64,000 nt of DNA, taken from Candidatus Zhuqueibacterota bacterium. GTDB lineage: Bacteria > Zhuqueibacterota > Zhuqueibacteria > Oceanimicrobiales > Oceanimicrobiaceae. Positions 20,070-29,139 of the stretch are shown in pieces. A program made the translations under genes and the position numbers. The notes below the pieces were generated by a model that made no database searches, had not been told where the DNA came from, and worked only from the letters and a program-made list of their open reading frames with translations. The DNA is taken from positions 516 to 64,515 of the forward strand of contig JAJDAD010000035.1 in the NCBI GenBank assembly GCA_029262055.1, given 5' to 3'. Every line of letters starts with the position of its first letter. Position 1 is the first letter of the stretch.

Positions 20070-20138
20070 TGCATCCAGTCGCACAATCCAGCACGGCAGG
20101 TACACGTCCACACGCGCGGATTGTGCGACTTGAATGCA
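20070..20138. repeat. Long intergenic inverted repeat
   Basis: AGTCGCACAATCC (20077-20089) pairs with GGATTGTGCGACT (20118-20130); extended by TGCAT/ATGCA. Confidence 0.7.
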
Positions 20139-20155
20139 ATTAGGTTTAAAACGAT

Positions 20156-20665
20156 CTACTCGACATACATGCCGCTGCCCACTGCCACGACCTTATCGCC
20201 GAGTTTTGCTTTCATGACGTAGGAAGACTTCTTCGATGGTTCAGTCATACCCGGTTTGGGCCACATGTATGAGATCCAGCCAGAGTCGCTGGTTTCCAAC
20301 AATGTCAACATTTGCCCGGTCGGTGAAACACCCTCGCTGTCAACGACGTCAGACACATTTGTGCCCTCCAAGTCAGGACTGGCGGGGTTGCACAGGGCAT
20401 TGCCCTCCAAATCGATGACAAAGACATACTTGTCCCCCGTAAACCATTCATCATCCGTCTGGCGAAAATCGGCAAAAGCGTCTTCACCCCTTTCTTCTAC
20501 GGCTGCTGCGGCGCCGGCCACAAACTCAACCAGCTCCTGTTTTGGATCAGGCGCAGACATTTCCTCAGCAGACTTTTCCGCCTCGGACTGTGTCTGGCAA
20601 CCGGCGAAAGCCCAAACTGTTAGTGCAAGACCAAGCAGGACACGGGCCAAATAGTTCCTTCGCAT
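20156..20665 (-). CDS. Stand-alone Cache-domain lipoprotein
   Basis: Lipobox FAGC; YVFVID...NP...G...D..G...GWISYMWPKPG...K.SYV...VGSGMY. Confidence 0.85.
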   Translation of the reverse strand: MRRNYLARVLLGLALTVWAFAGCQTQSEAEKSAEEMSAPDPKQELVEFVAGAAAAVEERGEDAFADFRQTDDEWFTGDKYVFVIDLEGNALCNPASPDLEGTNVSDVVDSEGVSPTGQMLTLLETSDSGWISYMWPKPGMTEPSKKSSYVMKAKLGDKVVAVGSGMYVE

Positions 20666-20731
20666 AACATGCTCCTTTTAGAAAAAGATTCCTGGAATTC
20701 CCCCGGTTTGTGGACGAAATAAAACCGCCTC

Positions 20732-21130
20732 TTACGCTTGTTTGTGGATCAGCCCGGCAACAGCGCCGTACAGCATCCAACCGATGACCGCAATGCCGCC
20801 CCAGCACCATGCCAGATAGTAGGGAAATGCACTGATAACAAGGGGATAAGTGAACATGGCAAAGAATGCTACCAGCCCCATGAAAGAGCCAAACATGATA
20901 CCGCCCTTAGGGCCGTCCGCCCAGGCAGCACGAGTTTTGACAAAGAGCAGCGCTCCGCCAAAAGCCATGCCGGCCTCGACTGCCAGAAACCAGGCCGGAT
21001 TGCCATCTTGCCTGAACACCGCGTTCCCCATGTAAGTCTCGGCCATGACCATACCGTGCATTACAAAATTGTAAAGCCAAAGCACGATGCCGCCCGCAAC
21101 GCCGATGATCAACGCTTTGTTCCAGTTCAT
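20732..21130 (-). CDS. Small four-helix membrane protein of unknown function
   Basis: Four hydrophobic segments; SD GGAGG upstream. Confidence 0.75.
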   Translation of the reverse strand: MNWNKALIIGVAGGIVLWLYNFVMHGMVMAETYMGNAVFRQDGNPAWFLAVEAGMAFGGALLFVKTRAAWADGPKGGIMFGSFMGLVAFFAMFTYPLVISAFPYYLAWCWGGIAVIGWMLYGAVAGLIHKQA

Positions 21131-21803
21131 ATTCTCTCCCTCCGGTTAAAGAATAATGATTTGTGCTTGACTGCGACGCGCAAAGATTACTCTGGGAAAA
21201 CAGAACACGACAAAAGTCCCGGAATAACTCAATACGCCGCGATCGAAGATTAATTGTTAACATACTGTAGCAAAAAGCGAAACGCAACCATAAATGTGTG
21301 ACCTGAGCCGGGTGGCGAGCGCCGGCCCCTTTCCGAAGCTGCTCCGTCCGACCAAAGCCGCGACTCGGTTGACTCGCTAGGTCGTGGTAGGTTTCACAAC
21401 AATCGTCACACGGCACGACAAGCAGATCTGCAGGCAATTGCAAAAACGCATTCATCGCCAAGGCGCACATATCGTAAGACGAAATTGTAAACGGCCCTTC
21501 CCGGAATTCAATTCTGAGCACACAGCGAAGACACACTGTCCCCGGGTTCCGCGCGGGATATTCTGAGTAATTGTTTGAACAGACCAGCCAGGTCCGATCT
21601 CAGACAATTCTCAACTATCACAAAATCAATACTTTGCCAGCCTACCCAGTTCACCCGTCTGGTTTCCCAATTCTTGCAAAAAAAGCACCCTGGGCCTGCC
21701 AAGCCTGCCAGCGAGACCCTTGAACGCAATTGGTATCACTTTTGCAAATCATCCTCATGCCGGAGTGCAGTTCACGATCAGTTCAAAGAAAAGAGAGTGA
21801 GAT

Positions 21804-22700
21804 ATGTTAGCCAAAATCACGTGCAAGAGCGGAATGCTGGCAAAGACGGAGTTTCTCGTTCGCGGCTCTCTTACCATTGGTGCAGCCGCCAGAAATGATG
21901 TGATCATAAAAAAGAAAACCGTGTCGAACAGGCATGCCCGCATATTCTATGACAAAACTGAGAAGCGCTACTTTCTGGAAGATCTGCAGAGCCACAACGG
22001 CACCCAGTTGGATGGTGTGCCGATCAAAGCACCACAGCGGCTCGGAGTCGTGCACGTCCTGACCATTGCTGACAAGTTCGATTTTATCTTCCAGCCGGTT
22101 CTTGCGGACGGGCCCTCGGTCGCGCCGGCGCCGGCAAAAACTCCTGTGCCTGTTACACCTGCGACCGCCAGTCCGGTCACTATCATCGAGCACCTGCCAT
22201 TCGACTCCAACGAGAGCCACACACGCCAGAGGCTCACTGCGCCTGCAACCATTATGGAAGAAGTCCGCCAGACCGGAGGAGGAAACGAACGTTACTTATC
22301 TGCCGAAAATCTGCACGGAGACGGCCAACTATGCCAGACAGAGAATGAGTACACTGCCTCGCAAGAATATGCCGTACCGGAACCCACCTGGCCGCAACCT
22401 GCTGAACAGCAGGCGCTGTCATTACTCATCCCGGCGATGCAGGAAAAATTTGTCCTTGGTCCCGGCGAGCACCTGATCGGGCGAGCCGTGGCCTGCGCGA
22501 TTACGATCAATCACCACAGCGTATCGCGCCAGCATGCCCTGATTCGTGTCAGGGAGCACTCGATGGTAATCGAAGATCTGGGCAGTAAGAATCACACGCT
22601 GCTGGCAGACCGCCGCTTGCAGGGACAAACCGAAATCGGCGCCGGCCACGCGCTGAAATTCGGCCAGGTCGAAGCAATTGTAACGCAGGAAGATGCGTGA
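21804..22700 (+). CDS. Protein with two FHA domains
   Basis: VSNRHARI...LEDLQSHNGT and IGR...VSRQHALI...EDLGSKNHT, joined by a Pro/Thr-rich linker. Confidence 0.88.
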   Translation: MLAKITCKSGMLAKTEFLVRGSLTIGAAARNDVIIKKKTVSNRHARIFYDKTEKRYFLEDLQSHNGTQLDGVPIKAPQRLGVVHVLTIADKFDFIFQPVLADGPSVAPAPAKTPVPVTPATASPVTIIEHLPFDSNESHTRQRLTAPATIMEEVRQTGGGNERYLSAENLHGDGQLCQTENEYTASQEYAVPEPTWPQPAEQQALSLLIPAMQEKFVLGPGEHLIGRAVACAITINHHSVSRQHALIRVREHSMVIEDLGSKNHTLLADRRLQGQTEIGAGHALKFGQVEAIVTQEDA

Positions 22701-22734
22701 CCGGTGGCTTTGTTAGTACCAGGGAAGAGTAGTC

Positions 22735-25044
22735 ATGCTTGAATTACAATATAGCCAGGATGGTTTTTTGCAGCTTTCAGACCCGGTCGACTTGCCCGAG
22801 CTGCTCGATATCCTGATTGTGGGTGGCGGGCCCGGCGGAACTGCCGCTGCGTTCCGTGCCAAAGAGTTGGGTCTGGCCGCTCTGGTCATCGACTTTGACG
22901 ATTTGATGAAGCGCATCCGGGACTACGCCAAGGATAAACTGATCATCCCCGCGTTCGGCGGAGGCGATCATCTGGAATTTCCGGAGGGCGGCAAGCTCAT
23001 CGCCCGACTGTCCTTTACTGACATCGACAAAGACGATATGTGTGCGCAGTGGAAGCAGCTTTATTATGAATTTTCGGTCCCGGCTCAAATCGGCGCAGAG
23101 CTCACCGGCCTCGAACCGGGGCCCGGGCAAGTGTGGCAAGTCACGATCTGGAACCATAACCTGAGTCAGGAGCAGACCCACCTGGCGCGGCACGTCATTC
23201 TGGCGGTCGGCAAGGGCGTGCCGCGCAGGTTCGACATTCCGGGTAACAGCGACGGAATTGTCTACCGCCTCAGCGAGCCTGACCACTATCTCGGCGCCCC
23301 GGCCTGTGTTGTCGGTGGTGGCACTTCCGCAGCCGAAGCGGTGATCGCGATCTCCAACGCCAAGGCTGCCTCAGAAGACTCGACACCTGTGTTCTGGTCC
23401 TATCGTGGACATAGGATGCCACGCGTGTCCAAGGCACTCGCGGACGATTTTTTCGGAGCCTACCTGGGCAATGGCAATGTTAGATACTTTCCAAAAAGCG
23501 AGCCAGTGGCCATTGTCACCAGTGCGGCAGGCAGCGAATATCTGGCCATTCGCACCGAATCGGATCCGGAGCAGACGGCGCGCACGGAATGTCGCTATCT
23601 CGAATTTCCCAAAAAGCGCTGCGTCGCTTGCATCGGCGAAGATATGCCGGAAAAATTCCTGGCATCCATGGCGATTCATCTGCGCAACGGCGGAACGTCC
23701 AGAAAGAAACGCATGACGGTCAATGCCCACCTGGAAACGCAACAACCGGGCGTTTTCGTAATCGGCGATCTGCTCAGTCCCTCCTATCTCGAAATAGCGG
23801 ACTGGGCTCCGGAAAACGCACCGGCCCAGGAGGTAAAACACCGGGGCAACATAAAAGCCGCCCTGTGCGATGGTGTGGCTGTTGTTGAGCACATCCATCG
23901 CAAGCAATCTACCGGCTCTATGTCTGTGCCCACTGTTTCAGCCTCCACAAAAGCAAAGCATGACCAGCCTGTCCCGCCGGAACCAAAGCCGGAGACACAC
24001 CCAACGACACCGGCTGGCGAAGCGCTAACCCAGGCCTGTATCAAACGCCTGCTACCCGGGGAGGTCGAGGAAGCAGAATACCCGATCAAACCAAATGGCA
24101 TCACCACCATCGGGCGCGTGGATTGTGATATCTGCCTGCCCGGGGACACCACGCTTTCAGATTTTCATGCGTCGCTGGCCAGTAACAGCCAGGGATTTTT
24201 TCTGCGCGACGAAGGCAGCAAAACCGGCATCTTCATTAAATCCGCCGCAGGAGTTGCGCGGGAATTGCCACCGGATACAACGATTAAGGCCGGCGCACAA
24301 TTCCTCACATTCGTCCTGGTCAACGGTAGCGGTTTTTTGCAGCAGGGTCAAACCGGCAGCCGGCATAGCCTGTCGGACAGATTTACCGTATTCGGCCGGG
24401 AAGCGGAAGTCGTACTCGACGTCTCCGACCTGTCGCTCTCACGCCGGCACTTCGCGGCAGCAGAGCGAGACGGCTTCCTGGTGCTAAAAGATCTGGGTAG
24501 CGCTAATGGTATTTTCATTAAGATTCGGGATTCCCTGGCAATTGCAGCAGGCGACCGTTTCAGGATTGGCCAGCAACTGTTCTACTTGTCACATCCCGGT
24601 TACGGAACGCCGGCAGGCGTCGGCACAATGCTGCCACCCGACGACCATCAAAACGGCGAAGCAGGCACGGTCTCACCAACAGTCGAGCCAGATGCCCTGC
24701 TGAACGGCCCGGGCGACCAGCTCCCGGAATCGACGGCACAGACAAGCGCTACGCAAGTCAACGTGTATGTCGAAAATCTGGGCAAAACCGTAGAAGTCCC
24801 GCCCGGCGCAACGCTCTGCCAGGTCGCGGAAAAGTGCGGCTACAAGGTAAAGGTCGAATGTGGCATCGGCGTCTGCGGCAGCGATCCGGTTAAAGTGCTG
24901 GCGGGCAGCGAGAACCTCAGTTCTCCGAGTGATGAGGAACTGGAAACACTCCCGGATATTTGTGATCTCGAACCCGGGCCATACCGCCTGGCCTGCAAGG
25001 CTGAAGTAACCGGAGATGTCAGAATTGAATTTATGGCAGACTAA
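22735..25044 (+). CDS. Fusion of TrxB/FNR-fold FAD-NAD(P)H oxidoreductase, two FHA domains and a C-terminal 2Fe-2S domain
   Basis: IVGGGPGG, VVGGGTSAAE, VFVIGD; IGR..SDFHA..DEGSKTG and FGR..SRRH..DLGSANG; CGIGVCGSD...RLACK. Confidence 0.85.
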   Translation: MLELQYSQDGFLQLSDPVDLPELLDILIVGGGPGGTAAAFRAKELGLAALVIDFDDLMKRIRDYAKDKLIIPAFGGGDHLEFPEGGKLIARLSFTDIDKDDMCAQWKQLYYEFSVPAQIGAELTGLEPGPGQVWQVTIWNHNLSQEQTHLARHVILAVGKGVPRRFDIPGNSDGIVYRLSEPDHYLGAPACVVGGGTSAAEAVIAISNAKAASEDSTPVFWSYRGHRMPRVSKALADDFFGAYLGNGNVRYFPKSEPVAIVTSAAGSEYLAIRTESDPEQTARTECRYLEFPKKRCVACIGEDMPEKFLASMAIHLRNGGTSRKKRMTVNAHLETQQPGVFVIGDLLSPSYLEIADWAPENAPAQEVKHRGNIKAALCDGVAVVEHIHRKQSTGSMSVPTVSASTKAKHDQPVPPEPKPETHPTTPAGEALTQACIKRLLPGEVEEAEYPIKPNGITTIGRVDCDICLPGDTTLSDFHASLASNSQGFFLRDEGSKTGIFIKSAAGVARELPPDTTIKAGAQFLTFVLVNGSGFLQQGQTGSRHSLSDRFTVFGREAEVVLDVSDLSLSRRHFAAAERDGFLVLKDLGSANGIFIKIRDSLAIAAGDRFRIGQQLFYLSHPGYGTPAGVGTMLPPDDHQNGEAGTVSPTVEPDALLNGPGDQLPESTAQTSATQVNVYVENLGKTVEVPPGATLCQVAEKCGYKVKVECGIGVCGSDPVKVLAGSENLSSPSDEELETLPDICDLEPGPYRLACKAEVTGDVRIEFMAD

Positions 25045-25081
25045 GTCCTCCGCCGACACTGCAGGGGTCAAAACAATATCC

Positions 25082-26488
25082 ATGCTTGCCACCCCCCTAT
25101 TGCATGAAATATCTGACAGTAGCGATGCACAGCTCATGAAAATTTCGCGATACAATATCGTCCGTGAACTAGGTGAGGGTGGCATGGGCAAGGTCTACCT
25201 TGCCGAAGACACCCAACTGAATCGCAAGATTGTCCTGAAAGTGCTGCCACGCTCGGTCGCGGTCCGCAAGACCATCATGGAGCGCTTCCAACGCGAGGCA
25301 CGGGCGGCAGCAGCTTTGAAGCATCCCAACATCGTGACTGTCTACGACTTCAATCAATACACCGATGGCCACTACATCGCCATGGAATATATCGACGGCG
25401 TATCTCTGCAGGATCTCCTGGACAAAAAGAAGGTCTTGTCACAGACCAAGGTACTCGACATCGTTCTTCAAGCCGGGCGCGGACTACGCAGCGCGCACCA
25501 GGCAGGCATCGTTCACCGGGATATTAAACCGGGCAACATTATGATCGATCGCGAGGGCTGGGTCAAAGTGCTCGATTTCGGGCTGGCAAAGCTGACCGAC
25601 TTTCAAAGACTCACCAAATACGGCACGCGGATGGGCACCATCCCTTACATGTCTCCGGAACAGGTACGCGGGGAGGAAGTCGACGAACGCAGCGATATTT
25701 TTTCCATGGGAGTCGTCCTGTATCAGCTCCTGACGCAGCGCCTGCCGTTTAACGGTGAAACCGAGGCCGCCCTCATGTACGCCATCGCACATAACAGCCC
25801 GGAACCCATCGACCGCCAGAAAAGCGGCATCAATGCGGACCTGCAGAGAGTTGTGGGGAAAGCCCTGTACAAGAATCCCGAGCGTCGCTACCAACACCTC
25901 GACCGCTTCTTATCCGACTTAAAGCAGGAAAGAAAACGGGGGCGGCCGCCAAAGACCACAAGCAGCAAGACCCGGTCCCTCAGTCCATCCGATACCATCC
26001 GCATCAGGGCGTTTGACACGGAAACTGCGCGCCCGCGCCTGAGACTGATCGCCAAGGCGGCAACAGCGTTCCTGCTCATCTTCTTCGCGTGGCTCTCTTT
26101 GGCGGACAGCGGACAATTGGCCTGGACGCGGGTATCTTCCGCGGTCGTGACATTTGTCTCGACAAAAATATCGAAAAGCGCCGGACAACCAACCTCGGAG
26201 CACCTCAGGCAACTGATGCAGATCACCGACACGGAGCTGCTGCTGCGCACGCTCGAACTCTACGAAGAGAAAGCCCTGATTGCGGTCGACAGAGCAAAAA
26301 TGAATGCTGAAAAACTGAACGCCAGCTATGTCTTTATCACCAGCTCCGAATCGGTGATAGACGTCTTCCGTGTAAAGAACCGGCAGTTCCACTCGCTGCG
26401 ATCGGACATGGCCGTCTCGACCCTGTCAGGAAAATTTCCGGGCAAAGAGATGATCTGGGTGCAGGATTTGGCTGTGGCAGGCAAGTAA
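25082..26488 (+). CDS. Hanks-type Ser/Thr protein kinase with a transmembrane helix; start uncertain (25016, 25082 or 25136)
   Basis: LGEGGMGKVY, VLK, HRDIKPGN, DFG, GTIPYMSPEQ, SDIFSMG. Confidence 0.93.
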   Translation: MLATPLLHEISDSSDAQLMKISRYNIVRELGEGGMGKVYLAEDTQLNRKIVLKVLPRSVAVRKTIMERFQREARAAAALKHPNIVTVYDFNQYTDGHYIAMEYIDGVSLQDLLDKKKVLSQTKVLDIVLQAGRGLRSAHQAGIVHRDIKPGNIMIDREGWVKVLDFGLAKLTDFQRLTKYGTRMGTIPYMSPEQVRGEEVDERSDIFSMGVVLYQLLTQRLPFNGETEAALMYAIAHNSPEPIDRQKSGINADLQRVVGKALYKNPERRYQHLDRFLSDLKQERKRGRPPKTTSSKTRSLSPSDTIRIRAFDTETARPRLRLIAKAATAFLLIFFAWLSLADSGQLAWTRVSSAVVTFVSTKISKSAGQPTSEHLRQLMQITDTELLLRTLELYEEKALIAVDRAKMNAEKLNASYVFITSSESVIDVFRVKNRQFHSLRSDMAVSTLSGKFPGKEMIWVQDLAVAGK

Positions 26489-26530
26489 CCGCCGGACCAC
26501 GGACAAGGTGACTGCCCATGCCGTGTTACT

Positions 26531-26556
26531 TTTTCTCCGGACTGAGTCCGTGAAAA
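26531..26556. terminator. Short hairpin between convergent genes
   Basis: TTTTC..CGGAC-TGA-GTCCG.GAAAA. Confidence 0.4.
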
Positions 26557-26569
26557 CGCAGGCCCGCTC

Positions 26570-27376
26570 CTAGCGCGCGAGTGAAACGGAGAAGCCGCCA
26601 GCCGCGATGATGTTCTCCAGCGAGCCGTGATATAATCTGTCCTGGAAATCCTCAGATTCCACCAGATGTTGCGTGATTTCCTGACTGTCGCGTGCGATCA
26701 GGTGCTTCAATTCCGCCAGGTTCGTCGACCAGCAGAATCCATTGAAAAACTGAAACCCGGCAAACTGCGTCTTGTACAGAGCATTCGTGGAGTAGCAAGT
26801 GCCCAGGTAGAGGTGTTCATGCTTCTCAGCGGCAAACCTATCCACACACGAAGTCATCATGAACATGCCCAGGTTGCGATTGTAGTAGCCGAGATCATAA
26901 AAGGCATAATAGTAGTAGACCAGAACACTGCCTTCAATAAAGAGCGTAGCCAGCCCAACCTCTTGCCCGGTTTCAGTATCCTCGAAGACCAGGACGTGTG
27001 AGATTAGCTGCGAGTTCATAAGCCCGTCGAGACGCGCGTAGGTCATGACGTCTTTGCCGAACTTGATGTCTGCGTAAGTCTTGCAGAAATCGCGGCGCCG
27101 CGGGCTGAAGTCGAATTCATCGCGCGGGACCAAACGATGCCTGATCCCTTTGCATTTGCGTAAAATCCGGCGGTTCTCCGAAGACCGGGTGAAAGCCGAA
27201 AGCTGGACGCGGATCTGGCGGCACATGTAGTATCTGTCCAGCTCACGGGAAGCGGGCAGAAACCCCTGCGCGAAGATCTGGGACGGTCTCTCCCCCGCTT
27301 CCGGGATGGCCCAGATGGCGTAGGGAAAAATATAGTGCCCGTAGTCAGAGCGGGCTTCGGAGAATAGCACCTTCAT
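26570..27376 (-). CDS. ATE/Bpt-like GNAT-fold aminoacyl-tRNA transferase homolog
   Basis: RV.LSAF...S.NRRILRK, YYYYAFYD...NLGMFMM, HLYLG...YK resemble ATE domain motifs. Confidence 0.6.
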   Translation of the reverse strand: MKVLFSEARSDYGHYIFPYAIWAIPEAGERPSQIFAQGFLPASRELDRYYMCRQIRVQLSAFTRSSENRRILRKCKGIRHRLVPRDEFDFSPRRRDFCKTYADIKFGKDVMTYARLDGLMNSQLISHVLVFEDTETGQEVGLATLFIEGSVLVYYYYAFYDLGYYNRNLGMFMMTSCVDRFAAEKHEHLYLGTCYSTNALYKTQFAGFQFFNGFCWSTNLAELKHLIARDSQEITQHLVESEDFQDRLYHGSLENIIAAGGFSVSLAR

Positions 27377-27487
27377 GAAATATTTCCTCGTTTGCAGGTT
27401 CTCGCGGCCTGATGCCTACGCCGGCACCTGTCACCGGGCCGGTTTGCGTTGCTGCGGAGTGGAGGCGAAGCGGGCATTGACCGCGGT

Positions 27488-28735
27488 TCACTCCGATCCT
27501 GGCGGCCACAGGCTCTTGCCGATGTCGGTTCGGTAGTAGCTGCTCAGGCACCTGATTTTGGCAATGTTATCGTACGCGTTCTCAATAGCCTCTTCCAGAG
27601 TCGGCTGAATGGACACCACGTCTGCAATTCTGTGACCGTCGAGCGCAAGCGTGCCTGCTGGCGTTTCTGCCACCTGGTTCCACCACACGTAGCAATCAAA
27701 CTCGCCGAGAGCCTCAACGGGGAATTTCGGAGCGGCTATCTGAGTGAAAGGATAGCCATACCCGGCCAGGGTAAGCGAACAAGCATACCTGACGTCGTCA
27801 TTGAACCTGGGCTCGATGGCGCGATTGGTACTCACATCAGCCAGCACCTCCAGCGGATTCTTCAGCATTTTCCAGATGACCGGGCCGCACGTGACCCCGA
27901 TACGCACGTTGTATTCCAGTACGTGCCAGCGGTCACGATGACGCATGGCCGTCACTTGCACGGGTCCGTGAAAATTGACTTCGCGAAACCACGGTAGCAG
28001 CGGGTGGAGCAGCTCCCTGGCCAGGCCATACTTGTCGTCATTATCCATTTCCACGATGCCTCCGAGTGGAACACCTGCGAGCACTCCCATGTTGCCGTCG
28101 AAGGCACGTTTGTATTCCAGGTTAGAAACCATCGAGTAGATTTCACCGCCGCTGACAAAAGCGATATGCCCGGCTTCATAACTGTCGAGATATTCCTGCA
28201 AAAAAACTCCTTCGGCATAATCGACTTGCCGCAACCAACTTCGGGTATCCTCCATGGATTCGCACAGGATCGTGTGCACGGGGCTGGTGGGCGAACACAG
28301 CGTGTTCTTAATGACGAACGGCATCGGGTTTTCATCCAGGATCTTCTCGGCTTCCAGGCGATTTTTCGCGACAAAGGCCTTCGGATAGGGGATACTGTAG
28401 CGAGCACACAAGTCCTTGCCGAAGTGACGGTCGCGCTCCAGCCGTATGCCTTCTTCCGCCGGTGATATAATTGGGATGCCGAGTTCAAGGAATTCTTCCA
28501 CCCAATCCGCACGGTTCCAATCGATGGACATGGGGATGACACAGTCGATGGCCAGCTCCCGCAGCAGTTTGCATAGATTAGGGTGTGCGTCGCTAGCGTA
28601 CGTCGGGCCGACAATTCCAGGGCCATACCGCCCGCCGTCTCTCGTAAAATAGGTGTGGACTTCTGCGCCTTGCTCGGTCAGAACTTCCCCAACGCCATGA
28701 GCAAACGAACCGACTCCCAAGATCATGATTCGCAA
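27488..28735 (-). CDS. Divergent PurD-like ATP-grasp ligase
   Basis: KDLCARYSIP, PFVIK, FLQEYL, EYKRAFDG, VLEYNVRIG, YYRTDIG. Canonical GGREHA and GLAAGKGV are absent. Confidence 0.75.
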   Translation of the reverse strand: MRIMILGVGSFAHGVGEVLTEQGAEVHTYFTRDGGRYGPGIVGPTYASDAHPNLCKLLRELAIDCVIPMSIDWNRADWVEEFLELGIPIISPAEEGIRLERDRHFGKDLCARYSIPYPKAFVAKNRLEAEKILDENPMPFVIKNTLCSPTSPVHTILCESMEDTRSWLRQVDYAEGVFLQEYLDSYEAGHIAFVSGGEIYSMVSNLEYKRAFDGNMGVLAGVPLGGIVEMDNDDKYGLARELLHPLLPWFREVNFHGPVQVTAMRHRDRWHVLEYNVRIGVTCGPVIWKMLKNPLEVLADVSTNRAIEPRFNDDVRYACSLTLAGYGYPFTQIAAPKFPVEALGEFDCYVWWNQVAETPAGTLALDGHRIADVVSIQPTLEEAIENAYDNIAKIRCLSSYYRTDIGKSLWPPGSE

Positions 28736-28871
28736 TGGTTGATTTTCCGTTGTTTATTCATCTTACATGAGTGACAATATAGTGGAAATCTGGTGGATTT
28801 CATAGCAGGAAAAATCAAACGTATCGAAATCAACAAGACAACCGGCGTGTCTCATTTTGGGCCTGAGTGGC

Positions 28872-28916
28872 CTGAGCGGATAAAAGCCGACTACTCCTTC
28901 GGCTTTCAATTCTCAG
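28872..28916. terminator. Hairpin downstream of the secreted-protein array
   Basis: AAAGCCGA (28883-28890) pairs with TCGGCTTT (28899-28906), flanked by CTGAG/CTCAG. Confidence 0.45.
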
Positions 28917-29139
28917 CCCGACAAAGCACCTTATGAACTTGGTACGACAGCTTAGCTTTGCAGTGCTGCGAGACCATGCTTGTTATCTTTTGTTTTGCGC
29001 CGGTTTTCAGGTTTCACACCCTTGGGAAGCGAGCTCGCAATGATCAGCGAAAACCGAAGTGACCAATGGTGAAAAGCCCGAATTCATAGATCGGCACGGG
29101 TTTGGCTCCGGATCATTTACTAATTCAGTCTGGTCAGGA

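Noticed and set aside
20907-21803. 209-aa minus-strand ORF and a ~670-nt gap considered for a hidden gene or riboswitch
   Set aside because: The ORF overlaps a better gene and has no recognisable domain, and I could not match a riboswitch consensus by eye. A covariance-model search would still be worthwhile.
27488-28735. Calling this gene purD
   Set aside because: PurD-specific substrate motifs are replaced and there is no purine operon context.
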